The position numbers were made by a program, and so were the translations under genes. The notes under the pieces were generated by a model. The model worked only from the letters and a program-made list of their open reading frames with translations, had not been told where the DNA came from and did no database searches. From contig NW_021832250.1 of NCBI RefSeq assembly GCF_006345805.1, forward strand, positions 1 through 63,390: a stretch of 63,390 nucleotides of DNA, read 5' to 3'. Below are positions 11,800-24,830 of the stretch, piece by piece. The DNA is from Octopus sinensis (Eukaryota). The stretch's first letter is position 1. Every line of letters starts with the position of its first letter.

Positions 11800-14700
11800 C
11801 CCGCAAAAACCTTAATGCTCACAAGAGATCATTTTCAAGACCTCAACAGAGATTACCTACCATAAACTGGGCAAAAAACCGTTCTAGATCTCGAAGTAAG
11901 CCAAGATCATTCCCCCAGGTTGTTGAAAAGAATACTAACAAGAAATATACATAATACCAAAACCAGGGAAGAAAACATAACGAAACCAAGTAAAATACCA
12001 CAGGCAAAACGTCCATCAAGTAAACATCAACAGGAACATAAGTCATAAACAGAGAAAAAAATCATTTTTTAACGTCATCACAACAAACACTGGAGAAAGA
12101 ACAAACCCAAGAGGAAATATACCCAAAACAACTGAACATATAGAGCCTAAAATAATTAATTTATCTAAAAGAGATCTTGACAATGATAAAATCCAACTTC
12201 TGTCGAAAGGACTGAAATTTACACCTACACCAACAGTCAACCACCAAGAACTAAATGAGGATATCCAAAAATTCTGTCGTAAGTTACAACTTGTAGAATT
12301 CTTCACTAATAAAAGTAATGTCATTGATGAATCCCTAGTAAAGAATAAATCACATTTCACCCTACTAAACGGAATAAATAACTATCTTGATCAATACATT
12401 GATATCCTGTCATAACTTCCCCTTAGACGCAATACTAATGTTAAGCCAAACATTACCAAATCCGAAATGTTTGCACTTAAACGTATACAGAACGACCAAA
12501 CAATAATTAAACAAGAAGATAAAGGGGGTGCAATTGTTATTATGGATGCAGAATTCTATAAGGATTTGGCTGAGGATTGTGGAATATCTTCTAATATAGA
12601 TCGCCACATCATGAAAAAGAACCTGGTTTCAAGACACCACAACTGACTTATCAATAATGAGAGAGACTACATCACCAATTTTAAGCCAAAATCCAGAAAC
12701 TTCTACGGTTTACCGAAAATATATAAATCAAAAGACATTCAGCATGCAGCAAAAGAACATAAATAGTGAATACATAAAATTACTGCAGCCAATAGATTTA
12801 AAACTAAGACCTGGTCCAGCATGCCCTACCCACCGTCTAAGCAATTTTATTGACATTGTTTTGAAACCATTATGTACCTACATACCCAGTTTCATCCGGG
12901 ATGACGTCGTCTTCTTGTCCCATCCTTCCAAAACAACTGAAACAAATTCACTTCTACTTAGTTTTGATGTGGGAAGACTTCACACCAATATTCCACATGA
13001 TTTAGGAATAAAAGCGATTAAATATTTGGTAGAAAAACATAGAGAAGTGATCCCCAACAGATTCACAGTGCCATTTATATTAGACAGAGTCAGACTTATT
13101 CTGGAAAACAGCACATTCTTCTTCAATGGAAAAATTACACCCAAATTAGAGGCACAGCGGTGAGAACGAGGTTTGCTCCCGTTTATGCGAATTCTGTAAC
13201 AGGATATTGAACAACAACTCTACCAAGAAGTAGAGGAAAACTATAGCACTGAATTTAGAAAGAATATTGAAAAGGCATAGAAGAGATACCTTAACGATTG
13301 TTTCATAATCTGGACAGAATTTCTAAATACTCTGGAAGAGTTCAATATCCTCCTGAACAACCTACACCCATCTCTCCAATATACAAAAGAGATGAGTAGT
13401 ACCAAATTACCATTCCTAGATATAATGGCAATTAAAAAGGATACCACCATTACCACAGATGTATACTACAAACACATGGACACACATCAATGCTGGAATT
13501 TTAAGTCGTGCCATCCACCACATATAAAACACAACATCCCAGACTGCCCAGCCGGAATGATTTGTACCATTGTAGAAGATACGAATATCAGGAACAAACG
13601 CCAAACAGAACTAAGAGAATTTTTACTCAAGCAAAAATACCCGTCTCTACTTATAGAAAATAGCATATAGTGGGCTATAAAAATACCCATACAACTGAGG
13701 ACAACCCAAAGAAGAAAAAAGACAGGAACATGTCATGCCATTTAAAGTGACACACAACCGATGTCACCACAATATCTTCAACATTGCCAAAGCAAGCATA
13801 CCAATCATCGTTCAAAATAATGAATTAAAAGATATAATCAGAGATTAGTAGCAAAGATCAATCATTTACTGTATCTAAATACAATGATAGCCGATGTGGC
13901 ACATGCAAATTCATACATACCGGCCAATATATGAACACAAAACCCGGAAAATATTTACAAACGCAAATATAGACTGCACAAACAGAAATTTAATTTACTG
14001 CATCAAATGCTCGAATTGTGAAGAACTATATGTAGGTCACACTGGAAATGCACTATCAGAATATTGACGTGTGCACCGGCAGCAAATTAGAGAGACAAAT
14101 GTCCGTCAGATACTTTTGATTAACCATCTAGCAACATGTGGTCGGAAAATATTTATAATATTTCCATTCTACAAACTACATAGTCCAAGTGAAATTGAGA
14201 GAAAAATCAGAGAAAGGAACTTTATTAATAAATTCCAACCCAAGCTAAATAAGCAATAATACCAATACTTTAGAGGTACTATTTCTACTGCTACGACCAC
14301 TACCACTAACAACAACAACAATACTAAAGGTGCTCATGATGACGATAGCAGGAAAATACTAGCTAAGTCAAGAGAAAAGACAGTAAAAATAATCTTCTAT
14401 TACCATAGCAGCTCCTACCATAACCACCGCTACCACCACCACCAGCAACAACAATGACAACAATAATAAAGGAGATGATAATGGCGATGATAACTGAAAT
14501 GTAAAAATCCTTGGGAAATGTTTACAGCATTTCTAAAAATAGCCAAACAATTACTACTTTGGCCAGGGTCAAAATACTGGTCTCTTGACATATTCAACAA
14601 ACCGTAACACCTAGACCAAACACCAGTCAACTTAAGTCATTTAGTAAAACCACACACTGATTGGTCAGAATACAGTTTGAAAAAATTAACATCCTTGAGC

Positions 14701-14860
14701 CACTACAAATGTAATTAGGGCACGGTGTTTAGCCATTTCATTACAGTTGTAAATTGTAAAACATAACTGTCATCTGAAGATTGCATAGTTTAAAGCATGA
14801 AAGTACTAGTTCAGTCAGAACAGACACTTAATATTCTATCAGTTCATTATATTATATTAT
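11800..14860 (+). mobile_element. Degenerate near-full-length Penelope-like element (Neptune-like), RT + GIY-YIG
   Basis: LSKGLKFTPTP, KQEDKGGAIVIMD, FYGLPKI, GPACPTHRLSNFIDIVLKPL, FDVGRLHTNIP, RYLNDCFIIW, LPFLDI, HPPHIKHNIP, SRCGTC linker, NLIYCIKC..C..LYVGHTG. Multiple stops and frameshifts. Confidence 0.85.
14766..14815 (+). ncRNA. Minimal type I hammerhead motif in the PLE 3' UTR
   Basis: ACUG.UCAU-CUGAAGA-U.UGC..GCA.U-GAAA-GUAC-UA^GUUCAGU, with AGUACU palindrome. Stem I is imperfect. Confidence 0.65.
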
Positions 14861-14946
14861 TATAAGATTGTAAATAAAACGTGTAAGTCAAAGTTGGAAT
14901 GTCTTTGAGTAATATATTCTTTTATACACAATCATACATACCCGTG

Positions 14947-15025
<79 letters not shown>

Positions 15026-15429
15026 ATATATATATATCTATCTGTCTGTCTATCTATCTATCTATTGACACACACACGCATAAATATATATATATATACA
15101 TATAAACTGACAGTTATTTAAGGTATGAAAAATATTAACGCTTGATTTGGTGTAACATTCTTTCTCCTTTTGAATGTATCAGCCATTTAGACTATGGGCG
15201 CAGTGGTATAGTATATAGTTCTTATTGGTTGCTTTGCTAAACACCACTGTATGCGAAGCGGTGAGAGACAAACGCAAACACGTAGATGCTCATACCCACA
15301 TAAACACATATACGTATATACATACATACATAGATCAAAATTGGAGGTAATTTTGTGCCATCGGAACGACACGACAGAATCGCTATATAATGATTTTTTC
15401 CGTTACTTGATGTTTAAATAGTCACTTAT

Positions 15430-15800
15430 ATTACCAGTTTGTTTCTAATTTGGTTGAGCTCATACGCGGTTTGTTTCTGGCATCAATTCTGTGTGAACTT
15501 CTATCATCTTTGTCTTCATATTCATCAGGCATTCTCTTGGCAATCCTAGTGTGGGTCCTCATTCACAATCCACTGTTTCATAAACCGGTAACTTCAACCT
15601 ACAGTGCCAAGTAAATTTTCAATCTCATTTTGTTTTGCCCAAGTTCTGGCCTCATTCATTATAGTTGATGTAGATACAGTACGACCACAATTCTTTTCAT
15701 TTATTACCCAGTTCTTAATTTCATCTTCCAGTGTTGCTGGTTTGTGACGAAAATTATGCTTTTTTCTTCTGTGCAGTCCTCAGTCTGTCTTCTTGTTGAC
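15430..15800 (-). mobile_element. pogo/Tigger-like transposase remnant (CENP-B-type HTH region)
   Basis: Manual translation: LEDEIKNWVINEKNCGRTVSTSTIMNEARTWA...G*SYRFMK...RTHTRIAKRMPDEYEDK. Confidence 0.6.
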
Positions 15801-16680
15801 GTCACGCTTTAATCATCTTCACAGTTGGTGGCGACCCAAACTCCCTCTATGCAGGCCTTTTACCATCTATTTTGACATAATCAACTACCATAAATTTAAA
15901 AAGTATGGTGTGTATGTATGTCTCTTCTTCCCAGCCATCATAAAAAAGTGGGTACTGTATCCGAAAATGTAAAAATGTATGGTACCTCAATATGGTGGAA
16001 ACAAACCTATTACAGTTCGTTTCACATTGATCCTGGATTATGAAAATATTTCATTGCCAGTTATAAACAAACGGTACAGGACTACTCTACCCCAGTGATC
16101 TCTCAGTTTGAGCAGCTGGAACAGTCACTGGTCGCTGATTTGCTGTATACGCAACTGTATATAGTGAAGGTCTCAGAGTGCATACTGATGCGCTTTTGTC
16201 AGCGACTATCGGTATAAATAAAAATGGCTGCTTTAGCTGTTGTGCTACTGTATTTGCTTGGCAATATTTGACTCTAAGTATCATAACATACGGTAAATAT
16301 GATTACCGGTACCTGGTAATAAAGAGAAAACAATCAGCATGTGTTAACGATAGTGTTATATGGAGTAGGATTATTTTAAAGTGCCTACCATAAATGTGTT
16401 GTGACTTCGGAAGTTTAAGAAATAAGACGGGGAATTTATTATTTAGGAGGAATTTCGTTTTTTTACCAATATCCCAATATCCCAGCCTTGTCTCAAAACG
16501 TTATTAATTTACTGTAACTTTGAAACACTGGAGTTGTTTTAGTTTCAACGGTTCGGCACTGGACGTAACTGGGAGAGCCATAGCTCACCCCACACCCCAA
16601 ACTTATAGCTCTTGTCACTGACATTCAGTTTATAGAACGCAGGGTGGCTTTTCGAGATATTTCATGGAAAAAATGCGTCT

Positions 16681-16827
16681 AATAAACCGCAAAATACGTT
16701 ACATACATACATGCATACATACATACATACATACATACATACATACATACATACATACATACATACATACATACATACATACATGCATGCATACATACAT
16801 ACAAACATACATACATACATACATACA

Positions 16828-16858
<31 letters not shown>
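16681..16858. repeat. (CATA)n microsatellite (representative of many TA/TG/TAA/TAG/CATA tracts in the window)
   Basis: Direct reading. Confidence 0.95.
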
Positions 16859-16859
<1 letters not shown>

Positions 16860-17083
16860 CAGCAATCCCTCAACTATCGCGGCGAGTGTTACATTCCAAA
16901 ACCCTCCGCGATAGGTGAAAATCAGCGAAATAGAAACAGTACTGTACAGTGTATTCTTTTATTACTTTTATAATGTGTGTAAATTTATTTTATTAGAAAT
17001 GCAAAACAACAACACGACGGTATCGTCGTAAGCTAAAATAATAAACCACGATAGGTAAATCGCGATATGGAAAGAGATTACTG
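16860..17083. mobile_element. Tigger/pogo-type MITE
   Basis: Imperfect TIRs 'cagcaatccctcaactatcgcg' / 'cgcgatatggaaagagattactg', flanked by TA on both sides. Confidence 0.7.
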
Positions 17084-17326
17084 TATATATATTCTTTTCT
17101 TTTATTCTTTTGCTTGCTTCAATCACACACGCACAAACATGCACATACACATGCACGCATATATGTATATAAGACGGGCTTCTTTCAGTTTCCATCTGAC
17201 AAGGCTTTGGTCGGTCCTAGAATATAATACAAGACACTGAACCCGGAACCTTGTGGCTGGGAAGCAATCTTCTTAGCACACAATCACCTGCGTCAATGTA
17301 TATATATATATATATGTATGTGTATA

Positions 17327-18126
17327 TCTCTCTATATATAAACGGCAGTTTGTCTGTCTGTGTGTCTGTGTGTCTGTCAGGTTGTACCCTCACTCTGACC
17401 ACGGCTTTCAACCGATTCTGATGAAACTTGACACACACATAGCCCAATGTCATAATTCAAATCTAACGCAGCGAAAATTTTGAAAAGTTTCCCCAGTTCT
17501 GAAAAAAAATCGATAAATTCGACACGGGTCGAGAATCTAAGCTTTTTATATGCAACACATTTTCTACAGACTGTCTAGGGGACGCAACTCGACCTTTTTA
17601 ACTCTCGGAACACGTGGGGTAAGTATCCCAAAATGTATAACAATGTACAAAAACGGCAAAAAAGCGGGCAGCAATGTGAGTGACAACAACGAAAAAGTCA
17701 AAAGTGACCAAACTGAACAAACGAACGAAAAAGGTTTTTTGGTGCACACGACAAAAGCGGTTTATAATAAACCAAGAGTTTGCAAGTAGCGTCCGAGGAC
17801 CCTTAGGGTACGTCAAAAATATAAGGTAAAACGTTTGGGGGGGGGTAGAAAGTGTAAACAAAAAGAGGATTCGAATAACTTGCGGCTGCAGCAGCTATTA
17901 GCAGAAGTGGCGGTGTTGGGGGTAAAGTCTCGAATGTAATTTCTTCCTGGTAGGAATTGGTTGGGTTGAATTATCGATAGCTGTTTGATAGTTATTTGGG
18001 AGTGAAGAGAAGACATTGCAACCTACACATGCGCCTCCGTTCCCTAGAGGGAAAGGACTAGATTGGGATTAGTCGTTGCCTACTAGGGGCTCTTACATAC
18101 CCGGGCAACGCCGGGCTATGCTGCTA

Positions 18127-18128
<2 letters not shown>
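17327..18128 (+). mobile_element. Non-autonomous Helitron-like element
   Basis: 5' TC-start 'tctctctatatataaacggc', (GTCT)n near the 5' end, and a 3' hairpin 'cccgggcaacgccggg' followed by CTAG at 18124-18127. Confidence 0.75.
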
Positions 18129-18172
<44 letters not shown>

Positions 18173-18722
18173 ATTTAAAATGCAGAGCAATCTTCAGCTG
18201 CACAAAGACATAGAATTTAATTCAATTAGAACAGATCGACACATTAGTATAATTATGCCTAAAATCTTCAAGGAGATAGACAAAGAACATGCTGACTCAC
18301 TCCAACATAGAAGTTCTAAGTTTTCGTGAAGATATACGTTGTTACAGACTCTGCCTGTCACTGATTTTTTATGTTTTTGTTTTTGTGGGGTCAATTTTAA
18401 TTTATAGACTAGTTTATCAAATCTCTTGTATATCTGAGTCTGAGAAAACAGAGGGCAGTATCTGTTAGGGGTAGGGCCGAGGGAGCAGATAGGCATCATA
18501 GTTGGTATAGTCATAAAAATCAAGATTTATTTGAAGCAATCGCATGAGGTTTGGTGAATGAAAACTTAAAACTATATGTTAGCTGACAATGGTCTGCTAG
18601 TGGGCGACCCCCTTAATTGTCAGTTCATATTACATGTACCTCGTACTTCGTATTTTTTGTTGTACAGGTTTCGTGACGTCCTGTGCTCACATATGCATAT
18701 ATATATATATATATATATATAT

Positions 18723-20173
18723 CGCCCTGTAGTCTCCCGCCTCCCTTTTCCCCTCACTTACCACCCCACGACCCTACCTCTCCAACGCACCATTCTTCGA
18801 GCTTTCCGTCATCTCCAGTCCGACCCGTCCACTTCACACCTCTTCCCTAACCGACCCCTCCCCTCTTTCAAACGAGCCCATAACCTTCGAGACCTTTTGG
18901 TCCATAGCTCCTTCCCTGACCCTACCTCCGAACCTGGCTCGTTCCCCTGCTCCCGCCCACGTTGCCGCACTTGCCCTTACCTCTCCAACACCACCCTCCT
19001 CACTGGCACCTATCATCGACCCTATCTCATCATCAGCTCCTTCACCTGCACCTCCAGCAATATTATCTATTGCGTCTCTTGCTCTCTCTGCCATTCCCTG
19101 TACATCGGACAAACGGGACGCCGCTTGGCTGACCGGTTCGTGGAACACCTTCGTGACATCCGCCTTGCGAACGACACACCGGTCTCACGCCATTTCCGCT
19201 CCACCGGTCACTCCTTGCAACACCTGTCTGTGTTCGGTTTGTCCTTACACAGAGGCCATCCGGATTCCCGTTTGCGCCGTGAACAGGAATTAATCTTCTC
19301 TCTTCGCTCTTATACGCCATTTGGTCTCAACTCTCCCCCCTCCTCATCTAACCCCCCTCTCCCCCCTCCTCATCTAACCTCCCCCCGACCCCTACTTCTC
19401 TTCAGTTCTTCATCCTTTCACCCCTACTCCTCTTCCCTTCTTCCCTCTTTCTCCCTCCCTCCTTCTTCCCTCTTCCCCTTCCCTCTTTCTCTCTGCTCCC
19501 TCACTCCTCTTCTCTCTCTCTCTCTCACTCTCCCTCTATCCTCCATCCTCCCCTCCCCTCCTCTTCTCCTCTCCTTCCCTCTCCCCTTCTCTCCCCTCCT
19601 CTTCTCCTCTCCTTCCTTCTCCCCCTTCCCTCTCCTCTTCCCCCCTTTCTTTCTCCCCCTCCCCTATTCCCCTCCCCTCTCTCCCCCTTACCTCCCCCTC
19701 TTCCCTCATCTCCTCTCTCTACACTACACCATACGACTTTATACATCACATCATATATACATACACACGTCCAGACCTCTCATACGCACTAATACTCTCT
19801 CATACACACACACACACTCTTCTCATACACACACACACACTTATGTTGGAGCGAGGTCATTTAACCCTATTATCTCCCCTAATTTCGCTCTTGCGTCTCA
19901 CGTTTGATCTTTGACTTCTGGCCGAAATCAGATCGCCATGTTGATTCGCTAGCCTCTGCACGCATTTTTTTTTCTCTCCTTCTTTCTGTGTTTTTTCTCT
20001 GTGTATCTTTCTGTTGAAGAGCGTAGGCTCGAAACGTTAAAGACTTGTTTTATTTATATTTCCTGAGCGCCATACTAATACAATTGTTTGTTTGTATTCC
20101 ACCTGCCTTCGTCTTTTGTTTATTTCCGTAAACCTGCCTTCGTCTTTTGTCTATTTTCATAAAGCTTCCCGTT
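18723..20173 (+). mobile_element. 5'-truncated PLE (Neptune-like), copy 1: GIY-YIG domain + CT-rich tract + 3' UTR
   Basis: FPCSRPRCRTCPYL...FTCTSSNIIYCVSCSLCHSLYIGQTGRRLADRFVEHLRDIR...RLRREQELIFSL; flanked by (TA)n. Confidence 0.9.
20006..20043 (+). ncRNA. Minimal hammerhead-like motif (atypical CUGUUGA core)
   Basis: UCUUU-CUGUUGA-A-GAGC(GUAG)GCUC-GAAA-CGU-U^AAAGA. Stems I and II are perfect; A6 is replaced by U. Confidence 0.6.
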
Positions 20174-20200
20174 ATATATATATATTATATATATATATAT

Positions 20201-21020
20201 CGCCCTGTAGTCTCCCGCCTCCCTTTTCCCCTCACTTACCACCCCACGACCCTACCTCTCCAACGCACCATTCTTCGAGCTTTCCGTCATCTCCAGTCCG
20301 ACCCGTCCACTTCACACCTCTTCCCTAACCGACCCCTCCCCTCTTTCAAACGAGCCCATAACCTTCGAGACCTTTTGGTCCATAGCTCCTTCCCTGACCC
20401 TACCTCCGAACCTGGCTCGTTCCCCTGCTCCCGCCCACGTTGCCGCACTTGCCCTTACCTCTCCAACACCACCCTCCTCACTGGCACCTATCATCGACCC
20501 TATCTCATCATCAGCTCCTTCACCTGCACCTCCAGCAATATTATCTATTGCGTCTCTTGCTCTCTCTGCCATTCCCTGTACATCGGACAAACGGGACGCC
20601 GCTTGGCTGACCGGTTCGTGGAACACCTTCGTGACATCCGCCTTGCGAACGACACACCGGTCTCACGCCATTTCCGCTCCACCGGTCACTCCTTGCAACA
20701 CCTGTCTGTGTTCGGTTTGTCCTTACACAGAGGCCATCCGGATTCCCGTTTGCGCCGTGAACAGGAATTAATCTTCTCTCTTCGCTCTTATACGCCATTT
20801 GGTCTCAACTCTCCCCCCTCCTCATCTAACCCCCCTCTCCCCCTCCTCATCTAACCCCCCTCTCCCCCTCCTCATCTAACCTCCCCCCGACCCCTACTTC
20901 TCTTCAGTCCTTCATCCTTTCACCCCTACTCCTCTTCCCTTCTTCCCTCTTCCCCTTCCCTCTTTCTCCCTCCCTCCTTCTTCCCTCTTCCCCTTCCCTC
21001 TTTCTCTCTGCTCCCTCACT

Positions 21021-21082
<62 letters not shown>

Positions 21083-21783
21083 ATCCTCCATCCTCCCCTC
21101 CCCTCCTCTTCTCCTCTCCTTCCCTCTCCCCTTCTCTCCCCTCCTCTTCTCCTCTCCTTCCCTCTCCCCTTCTCTCCCCTCCTCTTCTCCTCTCCTTCCC
21201 TCTCCCCCTTCCCTCTCCTCTTCCCCCCTTTCTTTCTCCCCCTCCCCTATTCCCCTCCCCTCTCTCCCCCTTCCCTCTCCTCTTCCCCCCTTTCTTTCTC
21301 CCCCTCCCCCTCTTCCCTCATCTCCTCTCTCTACACTACACCATACGACTTTATACATCACATCATATATACATACACACGTCCAGACCTCTCATACGCA
21401 CTAATACTCTCTCATACACACACACACACTCTTCTCATACACACACACACACTTATGTTGGAGCGAGGTCATTTAACCCTATTATCTCCCCTAATTTCGC
21501 TCTTGCGTCTCACGTTTGATCTTTGACTTCTGGCCGAAATCAGATCGCCATGTTGATTCGCTAGCCTCTGCACGCATTTTTTTTTCTCTCCTTCTTTCTG
21601 TGTTTTTTCTCTGTGTATCTTTCTGTTGAAGAGCGTAGGCTCGAAACGTTAAAGACTTGTTTTATTTATATTTCCTGAGCGCCATACTAATACAATTGTT
21701 TGTTTGTATTCCACCTGCCTTCGTCTTTTGTTTATTTCCGTAAACCTGCCTTCGTCTTTTGTCTATTTTCATAAAGCTTCCCG

Positions 21784-21785
<2 letters not shown>
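20201..21785 (+). mobile_element. 5'-truncated PLE, copy 2 (tandem duplicate of 18723-20173)
   Basis: Same 5' breakpoint 'cgccctgtagtctcc' and same 3' end 'aaagcttcccgtt'. ORF 20147-20854 encodes the GIY-YIG domain. Confidence 0.9.
21618..21655 (+). ncRNA. Minimal hammerhead-like motif, duplicate of 20006-20043
   Basis: Identical sequence. Confidence 0.6.
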
Positions 21786-21825
<40 letters not shown>

Positions 21826-22699
21826 CGTTTTTGGATTTGGTTTGCAAGATTCTTTATATGAGTTCGTGCGTTGAAGCATATTCTGTTGTGTCTGGGGAGA
21901 GTTATTCTCTTTTAGTGCCTTATTATTTAACACACTCACCGGTAAAATTTCCACTTATTTTGTCTTTTTATTTTTCCTAAAATTTTCGTTGCGTCTTGCA
22001 ACCTTTTCAATAGTCTTGACTCTGTCCGTTATTTACACTGCGTTCCCTTTTGTTTGTTTGTGCGCAAGTGTGTGGGTCAGTGTGTGTGTGTGTGCCTATA
22101 CATGCATACATGTACGTATGTATGTGTGTGTTTGCATGTGTATGTATGTATATATGTGTGTGCATGCATATGTATGTATGTATGTATGTATGTATGTGTG
22201 TGCATCTGTATGTACGTATCCTGCATATTCATGTGCTTGCCTGTCTGTGCTTGTGTATTTTCTATGTATGTGTGTGTGAGCATGTGTTTGTATATGTATG
22301 CACCTCTGTCTCCTTGTGTGTGCATATCTGTGTGTGTGTGTGTGTTATGTAACTATATACCATGTTTGTACTTATGGATGTGCATCTTTATATGTGTGGA
22401 TCCGTGTCTCCATACGTGTCTGTTATTGTAACCTATGTACCTATTCATCTGTATGTTGATCTGTTTATTTACATATCTAAATGCTTACATACAGAAATAA
22501 AAAAATAAAAAATGATAAAAAATAAGAAGTAAAAAATTAAGAAAATATAACAAAAAAATAATGATGATGATTAAAAAAAATGGCATACAGACACACACCC
22601 ACATACATACATACATATATACTTGCATTTATCTACATAACAATCCACTAACTATTCTACTCTACCTGTGTAAACTGTGGGTATGGAGTTATGGTATTT

Positions 22700-23500
22700 A
22701 TTGTGTATATTTCCTATTTAATATTGGGGAACTTTCATTTATAAGGACGTACTCCCGTATTTGTCTGAGTGTTGGGTCTTTTGGGTGCTTGGATAAGATG
22801 TGGATGTCAAGTTGACCCAAGTTACCTCCATGGTGGTCTTTGGCATGCTGGTAGAGTATGGAGGACTGTTCTCCGTCGTCATATTGTCTTAGATGTTCAT
22901 TTATCCGTTCCGCAATGCTCCTAGAATTCTCCCCTATGTACATCATGTTCATGTCCTTACAAGCACCTTCAATGCATCTTATGCTGTAAATTACATTTCG
23001 AGTTCTACAGTTAATACCAGGGCTAATTCTACATACCATGCAGTTATCTTGGTATTCTTAAACGGGTACGTCCTACATAGTTGTGATCTGATGGAGTTCC
23101 CTGGCTTTTCAACAATTCTAATGTTGAGTTCGGTGCTTTTCTAAATCTACAGGCTAGTTCTCCATGGGCTATGGCCTCTACAAACATCACTCCTTGATAT
23201 TTGTCGGTTTTATACCACGTGTTCGCCCTGTTTGCTTTGTCACAAGCTCTTTGTATTCTATTCCATTCTTTGTTTCTATATCTATACCTTATACTAAATT
23301 TGGATTAAGAGAATGAGACCAAAGTCAGACATACAAATATTTAGGAATCCATGAACTGGTATCATTACGTATAATGTTATCTAATTTCTTTCTAGCCCCC
23401 CTGAATACACGAACCCTATCTTTCTGATCAAATCCAGAGAACTGCATGCGGTGTACGAAGTTCTGTATATGTTTCTTCATTTCACAGGGTTCGCATAGTG
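22700..23500 (-). mobile_element. PLE 3' fragment of a third family (RT C-terminus + GIY-YIG)
   Basis: NFVHRMQFSGF, YRNKEWNR, IRIVEKPGNSI, CMVC...NCRTRNVIYSIRC...MYIGENSRSIAERINEH...HAKDHH. Confidence 0.75.
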
Positions 23501-23581
23501 GGGACACCTGTTCATTATTCTAACTAGGTCTGCTATCAGTATGTTAATGTTCATGTTGTGTGACAAAGCTGAGTTCTTGTG

Positions 23582-23649
<68 letters not shown>

Positions 23650-24221
23650 CTTGATGGGCTTCTGCACCGTTTCCGTTTACCTTATACTAAATTCACTCAA
23701 AAAGCACTGATCAACCCGTGCCTATAACAGAAGATACTTGATCAATTTCTGCGCAGTTGGACTGTATCCAAAGTCCCGTAGGGGGTGAATTGGTGGAATC
23801 ATTTGATCTCCAACAGATTCCTCGTGGTGTTCGTTCCGACTCCCTTTCCTCTGAATTAAAATCGCTCCAAGATCACACTCGCTTTTCATCCTTTCAAGGT
23901 CGATAAAAAAGAGTAATAATCCAAGGAGGTAAATTAGTAGATCTGAAAAAAATATCAAACTGAATGAGATATTCATCATTCACACACCGTACACCAAAAC
24001 TATATTGACTCACAAAAGCAGTGCATCTCAAAGTGGACGGTACCGACCACTGGGATGGTATGGAAAAATTCGTATCGGTACAGGGGACAGAGGAACAATT
24101 GGGTTTGATGGTTGCACCTCTGCAGATTTTTAGTGTATGTTATTACAGAGTTAACTTTAAAAACGTTAATTGTAATATTATGACATACTGCACGATAGCC
24201 CCAATCGCGATAATAATAATG

Positions 24222-24280
<59 letters not shown>

Positions 24281-24281
<1 letters not shown>

Positions 24282-24830
24282 GCTCCAAACAAAAGCCATC
24301 CTCATTAGAAGAGGAATATTCCAGGGAGACAGGCTCTCTCCACTCCTTTTCTGCTTGGCACTGACACCTCTATCTGACATGCTAAATAGAATTGGATGCG
24401 GACACAAATGTTACGGCAAAACAATCAGCCACCTTTTATATATGGATGACATAAAACTATACGCTACAAATGATAAACAGCTGGAAATACTACTACAGAG
24501 AGTACATGGATTTACCAAAGATATAGATATGAAATTTGGATTAAGAGAATGAGACCAAAGCCAGACATACAAATATTTAGGAATCTATGAACTAGATATG
24601 ATACAACACACACAAATGAAAGAGAAAATAAAGAAAGAATACTATAGACGAGTTAGATCAATATTAAAAACAGAGCTTAATGCTAAAATCAAGATAATAG
24701 GTATTAACACTTTAGCCGTCCCAGTTATAAGTTACAGCTACAATATCCTTAACTGGACACAAAATGAACTAACCAAAATAGACAGGAAAACAAGAAAAAT
24801 AATGAGAGGATCTAAGATGCTACTAGTGGC
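24281..24830 (+). mobile_element. R4/Dong-like LINE RT fragment with an internal deletion
   Basis: RRGIFQGDRLSPLLFCLAL...SHLLYMDDIKLY...MKFGL|..TYKYLGI...KEYYRRVRSILKTELN...INTLAVPV; preceded by (TAA)n. Confidence 0.85.

Noticed and set aside
18576-19907. 443-aa ORF as a host gene
   Set aside because: It is microsatellite + PLE GIY-YIG + a CT-rich tract read-through; not a gene.
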